Positions 11,885 to 21,764 of a stretch of DNA of 27,977 nucleotides are shown here, in pieces. Below the pieces are notes generated by a model. That model was not told the origin of the DNA and searched no databases. It saw only the letters and a program-made list of their open reading frames with translations. The stretch comes from Azolla caroliniana (Eukaryota; Plantae; Polypodiophyta): positions 1 through 27,977 of the forward strand of contig JBHGNT010000405.1 of assembly GCA_043228905.1 (NCBI GenBank), given 5' to 3'. Position 1 is the first letter of the stretch; each line of letters opens with the position of its first letter. Both the position numbers and the translations under genes were made by a program.

Positions 11885-12639
11885 TGTCGTAGTGTATTTT
11901 GTACACTACGTGAAAAACGTATATAGTATTAGATTCAATAAAAAATGAAGAAATAGAAGAAAATAGCAAAATAAATGGAACATGCATAGGGCAAGATTCG
12001 AACCTTGCACCTCCATGTTAATAATGTAATGTCTTACCATTACACTAACATTTCATTAGTGTTAAAGCATAGATGTCCCACATAGAAAGGTAAATTCACG
12101 CTAGGATAAACATTAGAAAAACGCATAACAAAAGAAAAAGCTACACGTACACATCTAGCGTGCATGATAAAAAACGCACAAGTTAGAAAAAGCATGATCA
12201 CTTTAGATAAAGCATATAGTCTATCTATAGGAAAAGCATGGGGTCTATAGTTAGAGAAAAAGCATGGATTACTAAGACTTCCTCATCACTACATAAGGAT
12301 GGGAAGCACAATGTAATTGTGTGTGAAATATTTGGAAATTGGATATATTTCCGAAAACACCAACCGATTAATATAATCGTGGGATTCACGAAAATAATAT
12401 AATCTATACTTGTGGGATTCACAAGTTTCTTATATCTTTCTTTCAATCTAAATACATATTCTTATCTAAATATTGATTAATCGAATAAAATACACTCGTG
12501 GGATTCACGAAATTTCTATCTCTCTTTCTAATAATCTATTCATTACTAGCCTCATCTCATATTCTTCTTTCTCCTAGTCCAAAACCTCGGCGGTTCCCAC
12601 CCGACTCACGCAAACGATCCGGAGCCGAAAGGCACGACA
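11885..12639 (+). repeat. 5' LTR of GAG-only element
   Basis: TGTCGT...ACGACA. Identical to 14704-15458 except A12048 vs G14867 by eye comparison. Confidence 0.97.
11983..12054 (-). promoter_or_regulatory. tRNA-derived Pol III promoter-like cassette in LTR (copy at 14802-14873)
   Basis: A box TAGTGTAATGG (from 12047) and B box GGTTCGAATCT (from 12004), 43 nt apart. T-arm-like stem GCAAG/CTTGC. T-runs lie downstream. Confidence 0.65.
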
Positions 12640-12643
12640 CAGT

Positions 12644-12661
12644 TGGTGAACCCGACGTGAA
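12644..12661 (+). other. Primer-binding site, tRNA-Trp(CCA)
   Basis: TGGTGAACCCGACGTGAA, complement of the recalled plant tRNA-Trp 3' end TTCACGTCGGGTTCACCA, 4 nt after the LTR. Confidence 0.88.
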
Positions 12662-12677
12662 GGCGGGTGGCAAGGAG

Positions 12678-14711
12678 ATGGAGAATCAACAAGAGGCAAT
12701 GAGTATAACAATGATGATGATGTTCGAGCGGATGCTACAAGAACAACGAGTGATGTCGGAGATCACGGGGGCAGTAAAGCGGCTCGTACAACGAAATGGA
12801 CAATTCAACGGAAACGATGTGTCATGCTATCTACGTGACTACACGGCGGAGATGATACGATGTGGGATACCAGAAGGATTGCAAGTGACATCCTTCAATC
12901 GGGTGGCCACGGATGAGCTACAAGAGAGAATCCACAAGATACGGCAACAAAACTCGACATGGGGATCATTCGAAGAAGCTTTACGAGAGGCATATGATTA
13001 CAAGAGATCGAAGGGAAAAGATCGGCGAGAATTCGACGAATGGGTGGCATCGGAGAAGACCCACCGAAGTGCAACACAAGCATTCCTAGAGTTCGAGCAT
13101 CGTTTTGCTCGACTCTCGGAGCGGGAACGAAGATTGGTGGGAGAAGATAAAGTCTTAATGTTCGTAAGATCGATCGATCGGAAAGAAAGGATGGACATCG
13201 GGATCGAACTCGAAGATGATGACGGTGCGAACGGTCTTACCGAGGATTGGGCCAAAGTCGAAAGGGTATGCCGAAGACATGATGAAAGGAAGCTGAGAAT
13301 CTCGTCAACAACGACATGGCCCATGAAGGATGGTCGATTGAGGAAAAACGATGAAGCCAATATGAAGGCCGAAATACAACATGATGGTACCACGGGAGAA
13401 AGAGTGGAACAAGACACCCACTCGTCTTGTGAAAGAACGATGGCGAAGGATAAGGCCGATAATTCAAGTGTAGAAGGAAATTTCGGGATACAAGTGCCCG
13501 AGACATCGGGTCAAAAAGGGGTAAGCATAATAGATGTTTGCATAATTGATGCAGATAAAGAGTGTGAAGCGGATGTGATTAAGGAGGTAGCCACAAAAGA
13601 CGAAATCGAATCGGAGGTGGCTATGGACGAATCAATGGCGGATTGCCATATCGAGACTTCCCCACCACTGATTCCAGAGACTCCGGCGGTTGCGATCGAA
13701 AGGCAACATGAGACCGAAGAGACGGAAGGTGGCGGAGAGAAAACGAATGTCGAAGCCGACGAATACGATGAAGAGATAGCCGAGAAGAATGCTAAGGGTG
13801 AAACTACGAAAGAAGGTAATAGCGAGGATTCATGCCAACAATATCTAGAGACTTCGGCGGTTGTGTCCGAGAACCAACGTGAGACCGGAGAGACGGGAGA
13901 TGGCGGCGAGGAAGGTAAAGTCGGAAGTCGGTTCGGATGGAAAATGATCCATCCGAAATTCCAATCTAAAAGAAAGTGCGACAATGCGGAGGTCGGGTCT
14001 ACGACGGGAGAAGCGCGTAATACAGAGCACGCTCTACGGCGAATAAAGAAACGCGTGTTATGGCGAATAAAGAAGCACGCGCTACGGCGAGAAAAGAAGC
14101 ATGCATTACAACCACACGAGGACCGAACAACGAGCACATATCGGAGGACCTACGTGGCGAACAACGGAAAGAAGTGCCGAAAGTCGAACCGGCCAAGGCA
14201 GGTGAAAACGAAGAAAAGAAAGCAAATCCGGACGAAAAGAAAAGAAAAGAAACCGACCCGAAAGAGCACTGAATCGGTAAAAACCGACCAACCGAGTCCG
14301 GATCGACCGAATACAAATCGGAAAGGAAGCCGAACTAAACGAAAGACGATCCGACGAGACCGAATCGGAAGTAAGCTAATCCGACTAAACCGAAAATCCG
14401 AAAAGAAGTCGAGATTGATGAAGAAAAGAAAGAGGGCAAGAAAAGATACTACCGCGGATGACAAGGACCAAGCGGGCCATGCAAAAAGCGAACGAAGACT
14501 ATGGTGGATCGGATGTCGACAATGGTTCGGGTGGAAAGAATGGATGTGCTCCAAATGGAGAGACAAAGTCAACATAACAAGAGAAGTCGAGGGTACTACG
14601 AGCCGGCAACGAAACCAATCGGGTAGAGACCGGACGGAGGAGACTAACAAACACCAACAACTTCGGCACATACCGGAGGATGTGCGGGTTTGGAGGGGGC
14701 GAGTGTCGTAG
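12678..14711 (+). CDS. GAG-like protein with acidic middle and K/R-rich C-terminus (677 aa from first internal ATG)
   Basis: Open frame from just after the PBS to a stop inside the 3' LTR. Gag-like motifs FNGNDVSCYLRDY, TWGSFEEALREAY, FLEFEHRFARL. Confidence 0.8.
   Translation: MENQQEAMSITMMMMFERMLQEQRVMSEITGAVKRLVQRNGQFNGNDVSCYLRDYTAEMIRCGIPEGLQVTSFNRVATDELQERIHKIRQQNSTWGSFEEALREAYDYKRSKGKDRREFDEWVASEKTHRSATQAFLEFEHRFARLSERERRLVGEDKVLMFVRSIDRKERMDIGIELEDDDGANGLTEDWAKVERVCRRHDERKLRISSTTTWPMKDGRLRKNDEANMKAEIQHDGTTGERVEQDTHSSCERTMAKDKADNSSVEGNFGIQVPETSGQKGVSIIDVCIIDADKECEADVIKEVATKDEIESEVAMDESMADCHIETSPPLIPETPAVAIERQHETEETEGGGEKTNVEADEYDEEIAEKNAKGETTKEGNSEDSCQQYLETSAVVSENQRETGETGDGGEEGKVGSRFGWKMIHPKFQSKRKCDNAEVGSTTGEARNTEHALRRIKKRVLWRIKKHALRREKKHALQPHEDRTTSTYRRTYVANNGKKCRKSNRPRQVKTKKRKQIRTKRKEKKPTRKSTESVKTDQPSPDRPNTNRKGSRTKRKTIRRDRIGSKLIRLNRKSEKKSRLMKKRKRARKDTTADDKDQAGHAKSERRLWWIGCRQWFGWKEWMCSKWRDKVNITREVEGTTSRQRNQSGRDRTEETNKHQQLRHIPEDVRVWRGRVS
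14692..14703 (+). other. Polypurine tract
   Basis: GGAGGGGGCGAG directly before the TG of the 3' LTR. Confidence 0.9.
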
Positions 14712-15458
14712 TGTATTTTGTACACTACGTGAAAAACGTATATAGTATTAGATTCAATAAAAAATGAAGAAATAGAAGAAAATAGCAAAATAAATGGAAC
14801 ATGCATAGGGCAAGATTCGAACCTTGCACCTCCATGTTAATAATGTAATGTCTTACCATTACACTAGCATTTCATTAGTGTTAAAGCATAGATGTCCCAC
14901 ATAGAAAGGTAAATTCACGCTAGGATAAACATTAGAAAAACGCATAACAAAAGAAAAAGCTACACGTACACATCTAGCGTGCATGATAAAAAACGCACAA
15001 GTTAGAAAAAGCATGATCACTTTAGATAAAGCATATAGTCTATCTATAGGAAAAGCATGGGGTCTATAGTTAGAGAAAAAGCATGGATTACTAAGACTTC
15101 CTCATCACTACATAAGGATGGGAAGCACAATGTAATTGTGTGTGAAATATTTGGAAATTGGATATATTTCCGAAAACACCAACCGATTAATATAATCGTG
15201 GGATTCACGAAAATAATATAATCTATACTTGTGGGATTCACAAGTTTCTTATATCTTTCTTTCAATCTAAATACATATTCTTATCTAAATATTGATTAAT
15301 CGAATAAAATACACTCGTGGGATTCACGAAATTTCTATCTCTCTTTCTAATAATCTATTCATTACTAGCCTCATCTCATATTCTTCTTTCTCCTAGTCCA
15401 AAACCTCGGCGGTTCCCACCCGACTCACGCAAACGATCCGGAGCCGAAAGGCACGACA
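14704..15458 (+). repeat. 3' LTR of GAG-only element
   Basis: Direct repeat of 11885-12639. Confidence 0.97.
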
Positions 15459-16644
15459 GCGCTTGCACGGAGGTTTGACGGATGGGCTCGCTTGTGGATG
15501 GGTGGTCCCGCCTGATTGCGCCGAGTTACAATTCCGTTTCTGGCCGTGGACCATCCTATTGTCCTGGTTCCCCTTGCGCTTCTTCTTGGTTGGCCGAGGG
15601 AGGCTGCATTGACCTTTCCGGCTCTGGCGGAATGGGACTTGCCGGTGCTGCCGGTGGTGTAGGGGCTTCTGATTCCGGTGCCATGCGCACCGGTTCCGGT
15701 TCCTCCCTTGGCGTGGGAGTCTCAGTATGGGGAGCTGGTGTTCCCTCCGTTTGAGGGTCCGAACGTTTCCCAGCTGCCTCAACGGTCCTTGCCGACGACC
15801 GTCGCTGGAGGTGCTCCGTAGGCTCCTCCTCTATTTCCTCTTCCTGAGTCCCGGTATTGAGTTTTGCCACCAAGGGGTCTGCTTCTCTATTCACCGGTCG
15901 GCGGAGTGTAACCTTTACAGGTCGTACTGGTGGTTCCTCCTGCGCATCCGTTGGCCGCTTCCGGCTGGCGCTCTCCTTTCCCACCTATTCTTCGTCCGCC
16001 GCCTTCCCCTTAGTGGCCTTAGAGGCCAACAACTGTTGTCTTTTGGAAGCAGTCTTTGGGGTGCCGTCCGCCACTCTTCCTCGCTTCTTGGGCTGGACGG
16101 GCTGGACGGGTGGCACAAGCAAGGTGAGCCACTGCATTACTACGTGCCATATCCTCCGTCCTTCTCGGCCTTCTTTACCGTCTTTTCCTCTGACGATCTC
16201 GATCGCCGCACACAAACCGTCTGCGATCAATACCGGCTAATCCACCTTGATCCCTTCATAGGTGGCGATGATCATCCCTGCCCGGTTCTGCGGCATGACA
16301 GGGGGTCTAGGATACACATGGCCGTATTCGTGGAGCACACGAGCAATCTCACGGAACAACATATCTCTGCCGCCCTGTGTCCGGTAGCCCTTGTTGGCTA
16401 GGGAGTACTCACCAAAATACTTGATGAGTTGCTCTGAGGTCGGATTGTCAATCGTGAGTATGCCTCCCTCCGGAAGGCCTGTTAACGCACGGATCACCTC
16501 CGCCGTTATGACCTCTGTGTCGATTTCTTTGATCACCTTGACGGCTTCTTTGTGTGGCGGTACCTCCATAATCGTCAAGAAGCCCTCGAGCCAGTGTTGC
16601 TTTAGCCATTTCTTGGCGGCTTCCGACAGCGTTTGTGGGTCCAT
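15459..16644 (-). pseudogene. Extra ORF of the Gypsy element, N-terminal part
   Basis: ORFs 16237-16644, 15985-16230 and 15556-15984 share one frame, separated by single TAG/TAA codons. Globular-looking N-terminus (ITAEVIRALTGLPEGG, KVD*PVLI), then basic and Pro/Glu-rich segments. Confidence 0.8.
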
Positions 16645-17070
16645 GTCTATGTCGAGGTTGGATTGTGGTGGCGAGGTTGGATGGTGATGAGAGTGAGATT
16701 GAGAGAGAGAGAGAGAGTTCAGAAAGCGGGGGTTCTCTGTGCGTAGGTTCTCGTTTGATGATCTTCCAACGCCTTGGTGCTTCTGTGCTCCTAGGCTCGC
16801 GAAAGTAGAGGGTCTCCACGCGTAGTGGTTTTTCTCTGTGCATTCTGGCGCCTTTTTCGAGTGTGTGCACGTCGTGTACTAAAATAGCATTATGTCCTGT
16901 GGTGGCGCTTAAATGCCTACTACGTACCTTTTCGCTCCTCGCTCTCTCGTCCATTCATACCTTGCTTTTGCATGATTGCTTTGCTTTTTTTTATTTATTA
17001 TTTATTAATGTAGTGTGAGGTTACTTGTCCGTTGGTCCTATCGGACCCGTACCGGCCTCATTCTCCCCAG

Positions 17071-19681
17071 TTACCGGCTCGCCGTCTTGGTGGTTGCTGT
17101 TTCCGCACCGGTGTCGGTCCTTTGCTCAAATGGGTTCTTGGGCATCGGTCCTCTATATGGCTTCAATCAGAATCCGTTGACCCATTTGCCTAGCACTTCG
17201 CCGCCAAGTGTCCCTAACTGGTAGGACCCATGATACTCACGTGTCAGCCAATACGGGCCGGTCCATCTAAACCGTAGTTTACCCGGCATCTTGCCCATCC
17301 GGGTCTGAAATACTAACACCGGCTTGCCGATTACGAACATTTTTTCATTTCTTTTCCTGTGCCGGTCAACAAATGCTTTCCGTCGCCGTTGTTCCAATTC
17401 TAAGTGCAGGATGCTTGCCAGTCGTTGTTCCTTGAGTTCACACAGCGTTGTTAACCGTATTGCCTCCGACTCCTTCTCGTTCAACCGTTCCCGTAGCTGG
17501 ATCCGTAAGCTGGGTACTTGGAATTCCACCGGCATTACCGCCGCTAGTCCGAACGCTAACCGGAACGGTGTTGTTCGGATGCTCGTTTTATATGTTGTCC
17601 GGTATGCCCAAAGCGCGCTATGTAGCTTGGTATCCCAATCCGTTCAGTTTTCATTGACGATATTCCGGAGGATATTCTGGAGCGTTTTGTTCGTCGATTC
17701 AGCTAACCCGTTTGCTTGGGGATAGTATGGTGTGCTCCGTTTATGGACAACGACATAGAATGTCGTCAGGCTTTCAACTACTTGGCCGAGAAAGTGCCCC
17801 CCTTGATCGCTTATTAATTCGATAGGGCATCCGTAACGGCACCAGATGTATTCGTATAGAAATTTTGCCATTGACGTTGCGGTGTTGTCTCTTAAGGCTT
17901 TGGCCTCCACCCATTTCGTGCAGTAATCCATCGCGACGATGACGTACCGATTACCTGTTCTCATTGCCGGTGGTTTGAACGGTCCAACAAAGTCCAGCCC
18001 CCACTTCTGGAATGGTTCGAGTGGTAGTACAGGCTGGTGTGGCATCCGAGCCTGCTCCGTTGGCTGGCCCATTCGCTCGCATAGGTCACATTCTTTTGCG
18101 TACCGTACAACATCTCTTAATGTCGTTGGACACCATAGGCCACTTTGCCATATTTTCCTGGCCGTCGCATTTCCGGCATAGTGACCTCCGGCAACTCCGC
18201 AGTGGGCTTCCCTTAGTATGAGGTCCTTTTCATCACTACGCATAGCCCGTCTCCATATGCCGTCCGCGCCCTTGTGGTAAAGTGTGTCTCGCAGTAAGCA
18301 GAAATGTCGGCTTTGCACCGCCAGGCGTTTCCTTTCGTCCCGGTTCATCTCTTCCGGAGGCAGTCCTGTGCTCAGAAACTGGTGCATATTTGTGAGCCAC
18401 TTGTCTTCCTGTGCCACCGTCTCATCTGCTGCCGTTTCCGTAGTGACTCGAAACAGCTCCGCATCCGGAAACTCATTCGCTACTCCGTCGCCCGTCTCTC
18501 CGGACTCTAATCGGCTAAAATAATCCGCTACGACATGATGTATACCGGGTCGGTGGAATATTTCGAACTCGAATTCCTGTAACAGAAAGGTCCACCGGGC
18601 CAATTTACCGGTGAGTGATGCCTTGGACACCAGGTAGAGGAGTGCCGAATGATCTACATGGAAGGAAAACTTCCTTCCCAATAAATAATGTCGAAACTTT
18701 GTCACACTGTAGATCATCCCTAGAGCTTCCCGTTCCGTGGTAGAGTAGTTCCGTTCCGCTTGGGATAGCTTTCGGCTGGCATAGTACACTGGCCGGTACC
18801 ACTTTGGCTCCGTAAGCTGCATCAGTACGCTTCCGATTGCGATGTCGGAGGCGTCCACGAACACATGAAATTCTTTACTCCAATCCAAAGGCTGCACTAC
18901 CGGTGCTTGCGACAATAGTACCTTGAGGGCCCTATACGCCCTATCCTCGGTGTCGATCCACTGGAATGGTGTTCGATGTACCGCGGCATGCAACGGTGTA
19001 GCCAGGTTGGCCAAGTATCAGAGCATCCGGCTGTGCCACCGGATCTGGCCTAAGAACCGGCTCAATGCCTTTGCCGTTACCTGCGCCGGTGCTTCCAATA
19101 TGGCTTTCACTTTGTCCGGGTCGACTGCAATACCTTCCTAGCTCACAATATGTCCTAGTAGGGTTCCATTGGACACGCCAAATACACACTTCGCCGGATT
19201 CAAGCTTAGCCGGTACGCTCTACACTTTTCTAGACAAAGACGAAGGTGCTGAAAATGGTCCTCCTCCCGGCTATAGACGGCGAAATCGTCAAGGAAAACC
19301 TGCATAAAAGCTGGGATATATTCACCAAAGATTTCCATGATGATTCGTTGAAATGTTGCCGGTGCCGTCTTGAGTCCGAACATCATCACCACGGCCACAA
19401 ACACCCCCCATTCGGTGACGAAAGCCGTTTTCTCTTGGTCGTCGGGGTGCATCCGGATCTGATTATACCCACTGAATCCGTCTAGAAAGCTATAGACCTC
19501 ATGGCCGGCGACGGCATCCAACACTCCATCTGTGAATGGAAGTGGAAACGCATCCGTTACCGTAGCCGCATTGAGTTTCCGGTAGTCCACACAAACTCGA
19601 ATTTTTCCGTTCTTCTTCGGTACGACTACGATCGGGCTCAGCCATGTCGCTTTCTTTACCGGACGGATAAAGCCAACTCTT
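17071..19681 (-). pseudogene. Gypsy pol: reverse transcriptase, RNase H, integrase (in-frame stops)
   Basis: RT: RVCVDYRKLN, LDGFSGYNQI, MFGLKTAPATFQR, VFLDD. RNase H: FVDASD, NYSTTEREAL, VDHSAL. Integrase: H...H...CDLC, WGLDFVGP, LISDQG, QANGLAE, GPY. Confidence 0.96.
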
Positions 19682-20060
19682 AACACGTTCGCGTTCACAA
19701 GTGGAAGGATTGCGCATTCCACTTGTAGAATCTTCTTAAAACGAAGCAAATACACCCTCTCTACAAAAATTGGATGCACTAGTATCACATGTTCCTCAAC
19801 TTGATGAGAATTTGCAAATATAAAAATACATGATAGATCTACGAGTGGAGATCATTAGAAATCATGCAAGTTTAGACACGTTGATAAGTTAATGTAGGCA
19901 TAATAAAGTTCAACTATGGCTCAATATGTCACTACTGTGCGACAAGGGAAACACTAACTTAAAGACTTATATTAATTAGGTAAGTTTTACAAAAATATCA
20001 GGTGTACTTGTATCCATACTAATAAAATGAGTTATAATTTATACTTTGACCCATACGTGC

Positions 20061-20335
20061 ATGTATGTAATTGTGGAAAATGTAGGATAGTGCACATTAG
20101 GATAAGTGATTGGAATAACTAACTTATTAAAGTATTCAATACTTGTATTTAAAGTTGATCTAATCTATTCCTCAGTTTGTTCATATGGGATCAAACCATA
20201 TGTATATAATTGTGGACAATGTAAGGCACTAAACTTTAGGATAATGTTGTGGAAATAACAAACCTATTAGGCTTTCATACCTGTATTTAAAATTGATCTA
20301 CTCTATTGCTTAGGTGATTCACACAGGATCAAACT
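20061..20335 (+). repeat. Degenerate ~139-bp tandem duplication
   Basis: atgta..taattgtgg...tgtatttaaa.ttgatcta.tctatt...ggatcaaac starts at 20061 and 20200. Confidence 0.75.
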
Positions 20336-21075
20336 CCGAACGATAACGCAACTGGAACCATTATCAACACACTACACAATCTAAGCAGCAATGGAATAGA
20401 AACATAATAGTTTTAACAATAGAAGACAAAGATCCATAATAACAACATGGACAGTCATGGCAACAATTATAGGGCCATGTTCTGTTAAGGTTAGCTTGGA
20501 CCAAAATCAGTCTCAATTTAAACTAGTTCATGTTTCTCCATAAATTTGGTAGTCAGCTATGCATGCGGTGAAACCAATGTCATAAATCTACTAGCCATGT
20601 ATATAAAAATAAAATTGAAACATATAGAAGATTATAAAGAATAGAATACACTAGATAAAACCCAAAATTTGTATTAATAATGTGAAATCCTAACAAAACT
20701 TCAGTGTCATTTTCTTCATAGAGTCTATTACATAGCAATCAATTCATCAACGTCATTTTCTTCATCATCTTGTGTAGAACTGTCTTCGGCTATACGTGCA
20801 TTGGTTTCCCCTGTTAGCCGAGCCAACGAAATATCTTCTATAAGCTCATCATCAAGCTCTATTAGCTCCCCCGGTTCGCCGGCTAACAGAGGAATAGGCT
20901 CTCGCGAAGCAGGTTGAAACCTTTCTGTATTGGCGAGGTTCTTTGCACCGACCTCCTCATCCTGGTCTGGCACTCCCACAAAGCCTTAATCCGCATATTA
21001 ATAAATATAACTTGGTCCTCGTCCTTCTCCAATGCAACTGTATTTCTAAAAAGCTTCAATGCACATGCAGACGTA

Positions 21076-21356
21076 GTTCCTGTTTAAAACCCAAACTTTA
21101 AACGGGAACTCGATACGGCGTATCGAGTTCGTGTTTAAAGTTTAGGTTTTAAACAGGAAGTTTGGATTTTAAACACGGACTCGATACGCCGTATCGAGTT
21201 CGTGTTTAAAGTTTAGGTTTTAAACGGGAACTCGATACGGCGTATCGAGTTCTTGTTTAATGTTTAGGTTTTAAACACGAACTCGATACGCCGTATCGAG
21301 TTCCTGTATAAAGTTTGTATTGTATACAGGAACTCGATACGGCGTATCGAGTTCTT
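21076..21356. repeat. Array of five 25-bp palindromes, mostly 51-bp period
   Basis: GAACTCGATACG-S-CGTATCGAGTTC at 21106, 21177 (one mismatch), 21228, 21279 and 21330. Confidence 0.95.
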
Positions 21357-21509
21357 GAGCGACGAAACATATTTACAAAAATGTCCACAGTGTCAGAGGC
21401 CTACCTGGAGTCCTCGCGCTCGATTCTCTTTGAAGACATGGTTGATCGTGTGGCAGTGGAGGCGGAGATCGCGCTTTGGTGCTTTGTGCTCTGTGTTGTA
21501 TTGTATTAA

Positions 21510-21630
21510 TAGAATATTACATAATATAGAATATTACATAATATTAATAGAATATTACATAATATAGAATATTACATAATATTACATAATTTTTTGATGT
21601 ATTGTATTAATAGAATATTACATAATATAG
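21510..21630 (+). repeat. AT-rich ~17-bp tandem repeat
   Basis: tagaatattacataata repeated about five times with partial units. Confidence 0.85.
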
Positions 21631-21764
21631 ACATTCTATTGATTTGGCTTTTGTTTAGAGAGAAGTTTTTGTTTATAGATAAGTTTATGTTTAGAGAGGA
21701 GCTTATTAGTTTTTTTCCTTACCCTAAGCACATAACTTACAAAGCTCTATCTAGACCTTAAACC

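Larger units (their letters stand above)
11885..15458 (+). mobile_element. Non-autonomous GAG-only LTR retrotransposon (TR-GAG-like), 3574 bp, intact
   Basis: Two 755-bp LTRs, GCGC TSD (11881-11884 and 15459-15462), PBS, PPT, and one gag-like ORF with no PR/RT/RH/INT motifs. Confidence 0.95.

Noticed and set aside
11983-12054. Functional tRNA gene
   Set aside because: Acceptor and anticodon stems do not pair; only promoter boxes and the T arm remain.
12225-15265. Duplicate 73-aa ORFs and antisense ORFs in the GAG-only element
   Set aside because: LTR copies and shadows of the sense ORF; no motifs.
17057-17068. GGGGAGAATGAG (minus) as PPT of a separate element ending after pol
   Set aside because: Not followed by TG, and no LTR structure is seen before the extra ORF.
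19682-19788. N-terminus of ORF 19138-19788 and C-terminus of ORF 24749-25000
   Set aside because: Read-through into the Sola ends, not part of RT.
21076-21356. CRISPR array
   Set aside because: Spacers are short and similar to each other, there are no cas genes, and the context is a eukaryotic transposon.
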